Numbered from the stretch's first letter, positions 25,407-39,698 are shown. The stretch: DNA of 64,000 nucleotides from Octopus sinensis (GCF_006345805.1 NC_043004.1:22816001-22880000), one strand, 5' to 3'. The notes: generated by a model from the sequence alone, not told the origin. Made by a program: numbers and translations.

Positions 25407-26273
25407 GAGAGTATATCAAAGGATGAAAGGAAGGTGGTCAAGTAGATGCTTACGCAACGAGAGCTTGATGCATCCTAATTGATAAGTAGAAATGTTTTCA
25501 CTGCTAGAAAGATTCTTAAGAACAGAAAGTTTTATCATACTAGTTCAATAGCTTCGGTACAATACAGTAGATAAATTAGTACAGACTTTGGTGGTCATGA
25601 TACTGATGTTTGTGAAAATATTGCAGTGTCGTTGTTTATGAAGTTATTGCTATAGTTGAGTGCGTTCGGGAAGAGGATTATAATGGTGATGGCGATGTTA
25701 GATAAGACTTTATAGAATTGGTGTTAGTGACAAAGATAACATACGTGATGTTGGCAACTGTAGTAATGATGATCATACCAATGGTAATAGTAGCTGTAAT
25801 ACTGATTATGTTGAGTAAGACAATCAGAGTTTTTTTCTCTCGTCGGTAAAAAATACAGAATGTCGCTGGGTACAAAACAGGCAAGTAATTTCAAATATAC
25901 ACAGAGAGACATTAATAATTTGTTTGTAAACTAAAATCGTGTGGACGCCATGGTGGTTTTGGTCGCGGTAGCAAGGACATTAGTGCTGTGCTTACTTCAG
26001 ACTTTCACATACACCTCTTCACCTTTTCATCCTTTCCTGTATTTTTATTGATTCAATAATTCAATCGATAATCCATCTCACTGTTTCATACACATGCCAC
26101 CTATTTTCCAGTAACCTACGTGCAATTAGCTGTGCAAGCTTATAAACAATTACTCATACACATGTTTTCCATGTTAATACCTGCGCAGCCTATGTGTGCA
26201 CGCGGCGTGTGGATAAGCCTCTTATGATTTTGCGTATTCATGTCATTTCAAGCAAGAATGCACGTTTTAAGCT

Positions 26274-26326
<53 letters not shown>

Positions 26327-26334
26327 TAATAATA

Positions 26335-26391
<57 letters not shown>

Positions 26392-26466
26392 AGACACTCG
26401 GCAAGAAATGGAAGCAAATTTGAAAGAAGAAAAAAAGTAATAATAATAATAATAATAATAATAATA

Positions 26467-26528
<62 letters not shown>

Positions 26529-26555
26529 TAATAATAGAAATAATAATAATTATTA

Positions 26556-26616
<61 letters not shown>

Positions 26617-26899
26617 CATTATCATCGGCGTCGTCATGGAACGATCATGTTGCTCAATGGTTACAGCATAGAATGAAATGCCTTGTGCATATAGATTTCT
26701 TTAATTTGTTTTCTGAGTTTATATCTCATTAAGTCCAAATTTGCATACTTGAGATCGCTAAACTAAAGTGCCAATCAATCAAGTTTTGACGTATTTTGTC
26801 TCGGCTAGTCTTTTCCTGCAAAAATACAGACCTTGTGGTTAAATTAGAAAGAATTATTATTATTCAGTTTGATTAAGGTTTGTTCTTATTCCTCGTAGA

Positions 26900-29200
26900 A
26901 TTTATTTATGTGGGTATCGCGTTACTGTCTGTAAACTTAGAAATCCACAAACTTTCAATAATGTTCAGGTTCTTAAAATCCTTCTGATAATCTTTTCTGT
27001 CCTCAAGAAGCAAACCTTCTCTAGTAGCTCTACATTCTACTCCAATCTCCTTCAACTATTTGTCAATATCTTCATTCATAGTTCGTAATGCACAAGTTAT
27101 TACAGATACAACCTTTACAGCTCTATTACTCCAAAATCTCGCAATTTCAAATCTTAAGAGATGTTTTTTTTAAATAATTTTTGTTCTTTTTTTTTACAAT
27201 CTTAGAAACAAATGGACTCGATGGAAAAATTAGTGGGCAACTTCGTTTATCCTTGTCTATTACACTGGACAATAAAAGGTTTTCTTTTGGAGTAAAAGCA
27301 TCTGTTTTAGACTAAATCGTAGATGTTGATTCCGAATTTGCACTCAAAATTGTCCTAGCATGTGAGTTATGCGCCTGCGCAAAATTATACTTTGGGCTAG
27401 ATCTATTTATAAAATTATAAAATTTGCTAAAATGAAAGCTGTCTCAATTCAAAATTAAAGATATAACAATAAAACAAACCATGAGAAACGTTAATATTTA
27501 GTTTAGCAATAGATGGCGCTGTAGGTTGTGTGTAAGTATCAAATGCATCAGTTTGTTCTTGGTAACTCTCAGTGTTGTTTGCGTTGCCGTCACGTGTGGT
27601 ATATGTGTAAATTTTGCTCTGCTTAATTACTGTTTGAACTGTTTTCTTTGTATTAGATAATGTATAGAAGAGGCTGCGTGAATCACCCAGACAATTTTCG
27701 TTGTCTGTGGAAAATTTGCTCCACGTGACCAGCGGAAGAATCATGCCATTAAATTAAAAAAACTGCCTATAAATATTACTTCGGGTGTAAAGCTGGGGAC
27801 CAAGACGAGGTGCGCACATCACATATGCTATACTGTGTATTACTCAGGGCTTACACAGTGAGTGAATGGAAAACAGAAGGGAATACCTGTTGCTGTGCCA
27901 ATGGTATGGCGTGAGCCAAACAATCATGTCTCTGATTGTTCCTTTTCTGTGACTACTATTAGCAAAATCTGTGTATGCAGGTTGTAACTTTGCTCTAAAA
28001 CCGGTCCCATATAACTTTGAGAATCCTGTCCCAGTTCTCCTCTCATATAATTCAGTTGAAGACCTTGACACGCTGCACGATCACTCCCCCGATTCTCTTA
28101 CCGACAGTTTATTATTTTTTTTTTGGAAGGGTTATTGTTGTTTGGTTTATTATTTTGTAGCTTCTTCACTGAATTGGAAAATCCCATAAGATCTTGTATT
28201 CCTCCGACTCAAACACTCTTTCAACCCGATGATTATACCAAGTCCTTCTAGTTTCAAGTGCTTATTTCTCAAAAATGCTTATAGGACAAAAGTTTCACAA
28301 CTTGGCCATACCTCCATTTCTTGTATTCTGCCTGTGTCAACGCTGGATATTCTGCAACAGTGTGTGCCAGTGTTTCATCCGAAATCCCACACACTCTACA
28401 TTTTGCTGACGACTCTTCCCACCATACACATAATTTCTCAAGTTGTTTGTTTTAAACGTTTGCTCTTGGGCTGGTATGATAAAGCTCTGTTTTCTTTTAG
28501 CACTTTTTCAACCAAGCCTAAGTCTTTGTTCCACATACATTCTCAGTGACTTTTCAAAACTGACCACGCATAGGTTTTTTTTCAATTTGCTTAACATGCA
28601 CTCTAAGAATTTCATTTTTTTTTCTCCTATTCCACACTTGATAATCTGTTCTACATTTATCGCCGATGGCAATTTCTCTGTGCTGCTCTGTAAATAATCT
28701 AGTAGCGTTTTTCTTTCCATTTGTACACACTCTTCCAATCAATTCAGCTACTTCCAGCCTGGTCTCTCTTCCATGACAACCATTTGATATCAGCTTTCGT
28801 ACGCTGAGCTCCATACATTGTCAATTGCTTTCTAGTTGTTTCTGTCAAGTTTCTGTTTGTCGCTTTCGATCCAATCTACAATTCCAACTCCGTATTTGAT
28901 TAGCGATACTGCTCTTCATTTATTACTTCAACAATATTTTTTTTAATTCAACTTCGACAGTAATATATTTCTCACTCTCCTAGTATACTCCCTCGTAATT
29001 TGATTCATTTCTTCATGTCTTCTTTCATCTGCTTTCAGTATTCCCAAATACTTATACCATTGTCGTTTCTCAGCTGATTTCATAGTTTTCAAATTGGTAT
29101 TTCAATTCCTTGGCATCTTTCGAATCTTCCTCATTTCATTATTAATATTACGCACTATTTGAAACCCAAATTCCATACGTACATCATTTGTACAAATGCG
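26900..29200 (-). mobile_element. Decayed R4/Dong-type retrotransposon (RT C-terminus to RLE), interrupted at about 27263-27840
   Basis: RAVSLIKYGVGIVDW..KLDR, LEECVQMERKTLLDYLQSSTEKL, a HD..AH..HW-like segment, and LRFEIARFWSNRAVKVVSVITCAL. Many stops and frameshifts. Confidence 0.8.
27263..27565. mobile_element. Non-autonomous DNA transposon (MITE-like) nested in the R4/Dong element
   Basis: Imperfect inverted ends ttacactggacaataaa / tttgttcttggtaa. Second copy at 7445-7637. Confidence 0.55.
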
Positions 29201-29251
29201 CACATTATAATAATTATAATTATCATCATCATCATCATTATTATTATCATT

Positions 29252-29352
29252 GCCTTTGCACAGCTTCAAACGCTGGAGATGTACTACAGTGAACTAAGGT
29301 AACACCTCTTATTTTCCGAGCACCTTCCAGAGTATTCGAGCGGTTCCAAGCA
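29252..29352 (-). mobile_element. R4/Dong-type extreme 3' end
   Basis: LGTARILWKVLGK* plus short UTR, within (TAA)n. Confidence 0.75.
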
Positions 29353-29399
29353 TCATTATTATTATTATTATTATATTATTATTATTATTATTATTATTA

Positions 29400-29430
<31 letters not shown>

Positions 29431-29432
<2 letters not shown>

Positions 29433-29495
29433 CATTGATGAGAGAGCAGTGCATATCATCAAAGTGACACTGGGGTAAATTACTATTATTATTAA

Positions 29496-29537
<42 letters not shown>

Positions 29538-29593
29538 CATTGATGAGAGAGCAGTGCATATCATCAAAGTGACACTGGGGTAAATTACTATTA
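29431..29593. repeat. 105-bp-period tandem duplication of a family D terminus plus (TTA)n
   Basis: atcattgatgagagagcagtgcatatcatcaaagtgacactggggtaaattactatta occurs identically at 29431 and 29536. Confidence 0.9.
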
Positions 29594-29600
29594 CTATTAA

Positions 29601-29637
<37 letters not shown>

Positions 29638-31274
29638 CAATTAATTAATTAATTAATTATGTCCGGATTTCTTATGTATTCCAATGGACAACTGCTTGTT
29701 GTCAAAAATGAAAAACATTTTTTTTCTTTGGATCTTCAGAATGAAAATTTTTTCTCTCTTATTTCCTAAACTGTATCACATTCTTTCCAGATAATTCCTG
29801 CGGATTCTGTTAAACCTCTTTATCATTATTTTCCAATAATGATGGTCACAGTCACAATCGTGACAACTTGTCTGTTCAAGGATTTGAGTATTCCATGCTT
29901 CATCTTACTGCAATATAATATTGTTTCTTTTATTTTTACTTTTACTCTGTATCCGAATGATCATACCCCCACGATTATTGAACACAGTTTCTTCTTGGAG
30001 ACGGCTACAAGTTTTGGCATGTTGTGTTATATTCTTCTTTCCATTTGTATAATCATTTTCGCGGTCTTGCATTTATGTAAACACAAATGGTTATAAACTT
30101 TTTGCCGTGCCTATAAATGCAAAATTTTCTGGCAAAAGATCCGTTGAATTATTACAGCACTCTTATCATTCATTTGTAATTTTGAATTCATTGAGTATTA
30201 GCAGTGGACATTCCAATACACTGCATATTATACTTTTATCTGAATTATTGAACAATTTACATTTGGGGAAACAGTCTCGTTGATCTATCATCCTCATGAT
30301 TCAATTTATTCTGAGAGAAAATTTTTCTTTTGCCAAACCGTTTCTTTTCTCTCCTCAATATTTCTTTCTTTAGCTATAGCCTACTTTCATTGGCCATCCT
30401 TACACCTTTTGGGCTTTTGAAAAGCGATCATTGAAGCATCTCTTCTTCAAAGATTTATTGCCTCGTTTCATCATGTTTTTATTTTTCTTTATGAGATTTG
30501 ATACATTCAGTGAATCACACTTTATGCATTACCTCCCTTAAGTACTGTTCCTTCTTTCTCTTGCAGCTAGGACGTTTTACTTCACTCTAGTTCTACCACT
30601 CATTGACACTCCTTAATTTTTTCATACCTTCTGCTCGCGTCCAGTATAACCAGTACGCATTTCATAATCGATCCGTTCTTTTATGCATCGTGCATTGCAT
30701 TCTCATTCTCCTAAACATTTCCTTCACATCATATATTATCTCCTATAAAATTCTTTCTCTATATTTCATTAATGATAATGCACTCACATTAACGTTTTGT
30801 TTGGTGTAAACGAGCATTCTTCATAATATTTGTTATTATGAGCGTCCGTCTTTCTATCTTCTTGATATTGTCGTTTGCCGAGATCCATAGATATTTCAAA
30901 GTTCTTATATTCACATTATTAGGCAAGCCTTTATTGTCCGTCAAAGCAAATCTCTCAGCCATTTAAGTGAAACCAGTGGCGTTACTAAATATAATTTCAG
31001 CTTCCACTACGAAGTCCAGCGGTATCTTCTATTTTTCAGGAGTTTTTAAATCATTTGTAGATAGGAGATGGTTTACTTTTCCATAATATTTTCCCAATGA
31101 ATAACTTTTCATATTTTTGTTTAGTAAAAGAGAGAAAGACACCAACGCAATTATAATCAAGATGGGAGACTGGCTATCTTCTTTAAAGATTACTTTTTTT
31201 AATTTGTCTCTTATAATATTTCAGCTCATGATTTTCATTCTTTTATGCAGTGTCTCACTGCATTTTCTACTCAG

Positions 31275-31826
31275 CATCTAAGTGGAACTGGGGTAAAAAT
31301 ATGTGAAGTCCAATACACCCATAATTACTATTCCTTTGAGTAGTCATGATACACCAGGCACATGCATCACAACCATAAGTGTGCGACATGGTGATCTCAA
31401 ATCAAGAGATAAACAGCGTATGACTGTGCAGGTGGGTCCCAATAAGAATTTTCTTCAGGTCTAGCAGCCCATCCCGCTCAAAAGGTCCCTGAATAAGGGT
31501 TGTTTAAGGATTTTGAAAGAAACATCCATGTTTCCAGGGCTGAATTATCCAAACCCCAAAGAATTCCTCTCAACACACGGCTATGATGCTCTCTTACTAC
31601 TTCTGCCCGTGGTCAGAGATTCATATATCGTCAGCCAACAAGGCACGTGATCAACTGATGAACGTGAAGCAACTGACAAGCAAATCTGTGATATTGAGGA
31701 GAATATTCGTTGCAGCCCATCTTTTAGAGACATCTTTGTCTCACAGACAAAGAATGTACATAATAACACTTCCAATCAATTTAGATCAGAAGCCATGGAA
31801 GCCTATAACTGGTATTGCATCAGGGT
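31275..31826. mobile_element. Family D (TAA)n-associated repeat
   Basis: Collinear with 22555-23090. Confidence 0.8.
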
Positions 31827-31849
31827 ATTTATCATTATTATTATTATTA

Positions 31850-31897
<48 letters not shown>

Positions 31898-32129
31898 AGT
31901 AGTATTTCAATTTTGTGTCCATGTGTTGTTGAGTGTCTTCCCAACAACTAGGGCCAAAAAACTCGCTTATCTTCATTGATAGGCCATTAAAATAACACCA
32001 TATTGTTCATTTATATAGTCAAATTATGTGATAGTCAAATTATGTGATGGAATCGTCTAGTACTCTGCACCCCTCCGCCCCGCTTCAGACTTTGCGTTTA
32101 TAGTAGAAAGGATTATTATTATATTTATT

Positions 32130-32715
32130 TGTTTATTGCTCACATAGAGAGAACAAAAAAAGCACAGTCAAAGGGATCAAGTCAATTACATCAACCGCAG
32201 TACGTAACTGGTACTTAATTTATCGACCCCGAAGGGATGAAAAGCAAAGTCGACCTCGGCAGAATTTGAACTCAGAACGTAACGCCAGACGAAATACCTA
32301 TTTCTTTTCTACCCACAAAGGGCTAAACACAGAGAGGACAAACAAGGACAGACAAACAGATTAAGTCGATTATATCGACCCCAGTGCGTAACTGGTTCTT
32401 ATTTTATCGACCCCGAAAGGGTGAAAGGCAAAGGCGACCTCGGCGGAATTTGAACTCAGAACGTATCGGCAGACGAAATACCTATTTCTTTACTACCCAC
32501 AAGGGGCTAAATACAGAGATGACAAACAAAGACAGACAAACGGATTAAGTCGATTACATCGACCTCAGTGCGTAACTGGTACTTAATTTATCGACCCCGA
32601 AAAGTTGAAAGGCAATGTCGATCTCGGTGGAATTTGAACTAAGAACGTAACGGCAGACGAAATACGGCTACGCATTTCGCCCGGCGTGCTAACGTTTCTG
32701 CCAAATCGCCGACTT
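32130..32715 (-). mobile_element. SINE family A concatemer: one head, two 184-bp units and a partial third
   Basis: Units 32298-32481 and 32482-32665, with identical junctions gaaatac|ctatttc. Confidence 0.9.
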
Positions 32716-35038
32716 TACTATTATATTATTTTTGTATTGTACGCGTATATTGTTCGTACCTATGTGTAGGTATATGAATTTATTCTTGTTTCTATGTCAA
32801 AAGAATGTAATAAGTATTGAAGGAGATAGAAAGGTAGCGAGAGAAAAAATAATTTCCGCAAATATATATTCCTTTTACCATAATAAAAATTGATATTCGA
32901 AAAGTACTTTAGAGCGCCCCCCCCACACACACACACACAAAGAAGCAAAATACTAGCATACACATTAATAATGTGTGTGTATGTTTGTGTGTTTTTTGCA
33001 AGTATATAAGCATATACACCACATATATCACATTTCACTGTTTTGTACCATAATTCGTATTTCTTGTGGGACTTGAAAATTTATTCCTGCCATAAACAAA
33101 TACTAACGCTGTATGTCATAAACTATATACTACAATTCACGAGGTTTAAAACCTTGCGTGATATATAGATATTATATTCAATTGTTTTTATGCAGTTGTA
33201 CAACTTTCGACCTGTTTTCTAATTTGTTTTCGTGTATTGTTTACCATGTAGACTACGTAAGTTTAGTGTAACGACACTAGTTTAGATTGTGCTTATTAGA
33301 AACGTAGGCATGAATCAGTAGATTTAATTCTATGCTAGTGTCCAGTCTCATAAGGCGCAACACTCTACTTCTCCCAACTATAAATATGAAACAAAGAAGG
33401 AAACGCTTCAGTTCTCTAATCAATCAGAACATTTTCCTTATTCTTTATTCCCGGGTCAACTCTGATAAAGAAAACTTATTTTGTTGTAGTCGATGTTCAA
33501 TTCTCTGTCACCCTTAAATCACAAATAGTGTTGTTAATATTTAAGCCTAGAACACACCAACAAAACGAACCTTGTTATGTTGCTTTTAATTACATTGTTT
33601 TTGTTTAGAAAGCAGCTAGTTTGCAGGCAAAATGCTTAGAAGTATATCTTCCGACTTTACTTTCTGTGTTCAAAGTCCACCGAGGTCGATATTGTCTTTC
33701 GTCCTGTCGAGGTGGTTAAAACAGCCACCAGTTTACCATTTGTGCTGATGTAATCCGCAAAACTCTTCCACTAAAATGTGTTGGCCTTGTGCTAAAATTT
33801 GAAAACATTAATATGGGCGTTGTAGATGTTGTTTGGTGCCAAGTCAGGTGTGATAAAGCATAGAATAAATTTTGCAGTTGTGGAGACAATAGACCCAATA
33901 TAGTCGCAACTGTCGATGGTGGTATTTGTTCTACGTTGAAATGGTAGATAAAATATATTACCCTTGTTTTAGATTTTAATTTGAAGTCGGTTGTAATGAA
34001 TCTGATTTAGTGTTGCAGCTGTTGTACTGTTCCTTTTTAGATCCTCATTAGCTCTGAGTTTTTTAATATTGTTCATAGCTCTTAGCACTGGTAGGGCCTT
34101 GGCTGAACAAGACTAGTGTTCATACAGCTTCCCACGTTTTTAATATAGCAGATAATGACTAGAGCAAGATGGGTAACTAGTTCCAATATGTCCTCAATAT
34201 CGGTATAAAACTGATGAATGCAGCTCCACTGTTAAGTTACTATATTCTTTCGATTATTCATGGCCTTCTATCAACGGAATCGTAATGTATTCTTAATCAG
34301 TGAATTCTTAATATGTTACAAACGGAGACCGTTCTTCTAAACTAGCGTATAGAAAGATATCGTTAAACTATGACATTTTGCATGTGCTAATCGTGTATGG
34401 AAATAAAAGCTCCTATTGCCACTATTGACTATGTAGCATAGGGACAAAGTATTCAGTTCCTTTAACTAATATTTTGAAGTTCTTATAGATTCACAGGATA
34501 TGGACATACTGCTTACTCTATGCATTAGGGAAATATTCATTTATATTATCTATTCTTATCGGCATACAGTTTGAATTAGGTTTCGCTAAATATATTTTAT
34601 TACTTTCATCTATAGAGCCTTCACGATGGACGTTAACGCTATATTCTATTTTCTTAAATAGTTCTGTCATATGAATAACAATTATTAACCTATAGTAAAC
34701 CCCAATCTCCATAAAATGATTATTATTTATCATGGACATGGAAGATACCTTTACCAAACTTTATTAACCTTCTCAGGTTTCCAAAGTAGTATATAAACTT
34801 TATCATCCAATTCTGTCTTCGCGATCTGGTTCATATCTATAACGTAAGGGTTTTTTTTCTTTTGCAGAAATTGCTTTATCTCTCGTGAATATCATGATGC
34901 AGGATAATCGAGAAAATAAATACCACACGCACACGTATAGGCAAGGCATAAGCTTGCATATGTACTATATATCCATGCATGGTGATATACAAATAAACAC
35001 ATTAATATATATATATTTGTGTATATTTGTGTTTATCC

Positions 35039-35760
35039 ATGCGAGTTGTACAGAAAGTAATGCAAAAGTGGGCATAACTTCTTTATTAACTTAGACAGGC
35101 CGTTGAAAGTGAAAATGTTGGTAGTTTAATGCTCCCACTATGATAAATTTTCCTCCCCCTTTCTTCTTTCATTTCATGCAGATCATAGACTCGAATAAAA
35201 AAACAACATTTAGAGGAAGGAAATGAGATAGCTGTCCGACACCCACAGAAGATCGTTTGCGATGATGACACCACCAACAATAGAAATCTATTCAGATGTG
35301 TATGGTTCAAGAATGGGGAACCAGCATTGCATTAAAATAATGCAATGGGGGGCCATTTGTGATCACTGACTCGAATCATCTAGTGGACGAACTGATTTGT
35401 GTGGACAGACGAGTCACACTCGCTGTGCTTGCTGTGCAAGTGGAATGTGGTCACAATAAATTACAGAAGATATAGGAAAGTAGGTGCGATGTGGGTACTT
35501 CGGCTTCTTGCACGCGATTTGTAAAAAGAAAGGATGGAAGTCTGTTCTGGCTTGCTGGAAGATTCAAAGTCAATAGATACCATAATAACATAAGACACAC
35601 AACCTTATCTTTACAATCTGATAAAGAAGGCTCAGTTCACGAATGGCATCACATCTCTTCTTCAAGCCGTAAGAAATTAAAAAGCCAGCAATTGTGGCAT
35701 CGAGATTCATGGTGGCTAGGATGGGGAATAACATGGATAGGTGCGGTACATTAAGACACT
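35039..35760 (+). mobile_element. Decayed Mariner element: left end and transposase N-terminal half
   Basis: TIR-like gcgagttgtacagaaagtaatgca. Translates VDELICVDRRVT, YRKVGAMWVLRLL (the WVPRLL motif), KERMEVCSGLL and EWHHISSSSRKKLKSQ. Confidence 0.8.
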
Positions 35761-35886
35761 CAGTTTACACTGTGAAACCGGCTAAATCTTTAAATATAAT
35801 AATTTTTAAAATATTTAAAATATTCTCAGTGCATTTTCAACTTCTATTTTCCCTCTATACATTACCCATGTGGAACAAAATAGCTG

Positions 35887-35944
<58 letters not shown>

Positions 35945-36531
35945 ATGTATATGCACTACTTTCTAATTTTTTTTCTTTTCTTTTGTAAACGAGGTAAATT
36001 ACTACATTGTCAGCTCAGTTTTATATAATTTCATTGGCACTTATTTTGTCAACCTCAGGAGGATTAAAAGTTAAAGATAACCACAGTGCGAGATGTATGA
36101 ATTTCATATATCTACAAGTTTCGTAACTAAAGTACCTTGATTCACGGAGAATTTGTTTAAGCTCTCAGCTTTTCTAATCTCATATTGTCTATAACTTATT
36201 ATTCTACTACGGATTAGAAGATATCGTACCATTTACAATTTACTAACAAAAGTCATTTAGAAATTACATAAGGAAAATTTAAGGATTATTCGAGATTATG
36301 AAAGCATATTCAGCAATTATCCTTAAAGACATTTCAAGAAACGTGGTAATATAAACAAGTGGAACAAAATTCATCGTTCAAATAGCTACTCACACATTTA
36401 TTGAAAACAGTCTTGCACAGGAGATAAGTTCCCCTCGTAACATGTATTTAGTATTTTTGTTAAGTATATTGATAAATATTTTTATGCATGTTTTATTACA
36501 TGAAACACACAAACTATATGTCTGTGTGTCA

Positions 36532-36581
<50 letters not shown>

Positions 36582-36664
36582 TGTGTGTGTGTGTGTGTCT
36601 GTGTGTCTGTGTGTGTTTGTGTTTGTGCGTGTGTGTGTGTAGGGGCTATTCTAATCACAGGTGT

Positions 36665-36975
36665 GAAGGCGTGTGGCTTAGCGGTTAGGGTGTTTGCCTC
36701 CCAATCGTAAGGTCATGTGTTCAATTACCAGCTTCCTTGAGGAAGATATTTTATTTCCTGTTCCTTGAATTCACTCACCTGGCAAAAATTTGAAGTACCT
36801 GTATTTCAAAGGTCAGCCTTGTCACACGCTGTGTCACGCTAAATCTCCTTCAGAACTACTTTAAGGGTACACGTGTTTGTGAAGTACACAGCAACATGCG
36901 CGTTAACTTCAAGAGTAGGCCGTTCTATTGATTAGATCAATCGAAACCATCGTCATCTTAACAGAGGGACCATCA
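36665..36975 (+). mobile_element. tRNA-derived SINE (diverged)
   Basis: A box tggcttagcgg, B-box-like gttcaattacc. Head related to the 13695-14020 element. Confidence 0.65.
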
Positions 36976-37007
36976 GTTTTTCAAAGATATATATATATAT
37001 ATATATG

Positions 37008-37671
37008 TACAAGATAAGAAAATGGAGAAATACATCTAAATCAAATATCAATTACCAGATAATACTCAATCACATACTTTATTAAACCACCACATAAGAG
37101 ACTGTAGGGTTAGATATAAAAAGCAGAACAAATCAGTGTACATAAAGGAATGTACGTAAAAAAGTGTACATAAAAAAGTACTGTTGTATAATAAGTAGAA
37201 TATATATAAAAGAGAATATAAATATAAGTAAATATAAATACAAGTATAGATTACATCTTACAGCTGTTTCGGCCATGTAGATAAGTATGTCTCATTTTAC
37301 CAATATTAGCCCTTAATGGTAGGTCAATATATAGATATAAATGAGACATTTACAAAAATATCATAAGGCCTCTTCGGAGATTATGTAATATAAATCAGTC
37401 TACATATATACCCACATGGGTGTGGGTGCATACCCATAATACAACATATACATATACATATTTACTTATATTTATATTCTCTTTTATATATATTCTACTT
37501 ATTATATAACATTATTTTTTTATGTACATTCCTTTATGTACATTGATTTGTTCTGCTTTTTATATCTAACCCTACAGTCTATTATGTGGTGGTTTAATAA
37601 AGTATGTGAGTGAGTATTATATGGTAATTAATATTTGATTTAGATGTATTTCTACATTTTCTTATCTTGTA
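37008..37671 (-). mobile_element. PLE-type element with ~220-bp inverted arms enclosing a hammerhead
   Basis: 37008-37236 is an approximately 90% (by eye) reverse complement of 37457-37671. Confidence 0.8.
37255..37381 (-). ncRNA. Type I hammerhead motif with an extended (~100 nt) stem II
   Basis: ATCT-CCGAAGA-GGCC...atgtctcattt...aaatgagacat...GGCC-GAAA-CAGCTG-TA-AGAT. Stem I ATCT/AGAT, palindromic stem III ACAGCTGT, U4 changed to C in the core. Confidence 0.65.
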
Positions 37672-38119
37672 TTAGTAATTTGTGGTAAATCATTTTACCT
37701 TTGCCCATATAATACAGTAAATGAATTGATTGAATCGAGTCATTAGCATTTATGTATTAACTTTGTTGGGTACTTCACTAGCAGTATATTGGATATATGT
37801 TATCCCATGGAGGGTTGCATTTACAACCCCTATCTCAATTTGTATATATATATATACATACATATAAGGGGGTGGTGAGTGTGTGTGCTTTATAAGCACA
37901 CTCATATATGCACCGACGTCCATACTTGCACACATGCATACGTATGCATATGCGGGCACACATATGTACGAGGTTATATTGAAAAGTACGTACATAAAAG
38001 CGCATATGCAATTGTTTACATTCCATTGAAAGAGCTTTGTTTCTGAAACAGAAATCTGATTCTTCACTAATGAAGTAAAATTCGGAAAACAGCACACATA
38101 CATACATACATAGACAGAC

Positions 38120-38540
38120 AAAGGTCTCAGAAGAACTGGCCCAATGGTTATCAACTGCGACTACTCTTCTCCTCCAGAATAGCCAAACCACTGTTACTAA
38201 AAATTACCGACAAATAGACTGCCAGAAGATCACGTACAAGTTATACGCATTGGACCATTGTGGTGCAACCAACATTTTAACGCGTAAGCAAGCTGGATGA
38301 AAGAAGAATGTGTGGAATCTATATAACCACTTGTGGTTAACAGAATGATCGAGGAAAAAACAGAAAAATGTCGCAAGAATTTAATTACATTGTGTCTGGA
38401 CTATCAGAAGGTTTTTGATATCCTAAGTGGTTGGATTAGCAATGCATTACATTAAGTAAGTGAGATAATATAATAGGTTATAGGCACCAGTGAGTGCTGT
38501 TGAACGCCTAATTAACACTTGGTACACCACTTAGGAGCAA
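38120..38540 (+). mobile_element. R4/Dong-type RT N-terminal fragment
   Basis: EELAQWLSTATTLLLQNSQTTVTKNYRQIDCQKITYKLY..KQAG*KK..NRMIEEK..KNLITLCLDYQKVFD, similar to NYRPITCL / EQKG / WIDYKKAFD. Confidence 0.8.
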
Positions 38541-39016
38541 ACTGAATCGGATAGCATTCACAAGCAAAAACTCATCTGATAACCTGTCGGTTTTGCTTTT
38601 TGTCCTGTCGTTGAATCTATTACTATTTCTGCTCCCAAAATATTGTTGCCATAGAAATGAATCCTGGAGTATACGATATATTTTTTTTTGTCAACTATCT
38701 GAAACTGTATGGACCAACTAACAGCCCCTATCCGACCCCACATTAAACAACTGAACTTCATTACACGATTTTCTTACATTATTTAGGTGAACCTTTTTAG
38801 TCCATATGTAAATTTTTGACAATTTGCCTTGAAAAAATTCTGCCTTCCTCTGAAATCCTAAAAATAAATGGCTGATCAAAACTACCTCTAGAAACAGGTG
38901 ACAATCATAAATATTTTGTACAAGATAAGATCGCTAGGTAAGATGGACACATAAATGAATAGGCAAAACTATAAAAAAAAAATTGCCATTTTAATCTCGA
39001 GCAAGGCCGGGTCTCC

Positions 39017-39116
<100 letters not shown>

Positions 39117-39484
39117 ATATATGTATGTATGTATATATGGATACGTCGGCTGTCTATCTACTCCTCATTTCGAGCATTCAGTGACAATATGAGTCTTCAA
39201 AGACAGTTGCTCCCATAAATTCTAAAATAGAATTTAGGATTTATGGAGGGTCAAAGTTGCGAGCAATAATATGACAGTGGAAACATACAAGAAACATGTC
39301 GGGTCGTTAGACCAGAACAAGATGAAAATAGTGAACTTTGTGAGAAACAATTTTTTGAAAAGAGAAAAGATAGAAAAGAGAGAGAGAAACATGTCCGCTC
39401 GTCTAAGCGGCCCTGCAGGAAAAGAATATAAACCTATTTGGAAAAGGATGCGTCGCGTTCAATTGAATAATGAATAATAAATGG

Positions 39485-39492
39485 TATATATA

Positions 39493-39569
<77 letters not shown>

Positions 39570-39578
39570 TATATACAG

Positions 39579-39626
<48 letters not shown>

Positions 39627-39698
39627 CATAAATATACATATATATATATATACATATACATATATATATATATACACATATATATATATATACACACA

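Noticed and set aside
29650-31260. Possible N-terminal part of an R4/Dong ORF or host exons
   Set aside because: No motif could be read in any frame by eye. Left unannotated.
29574-31297. actggggtaaa at 29574 and 31287 as a TSD around a 1.7-kb insertion
   Set aside because: Similarity extends further upstream in diverged form (catcaaagtgacac vs catctaagtggaac), so these are independent family D copies.
32130-32715. CRISPR-like or satellite array
   Set aside because: The units are contiguous SINE bodies without unique spacers, the context is eukaryotic, and there are no cas genes.
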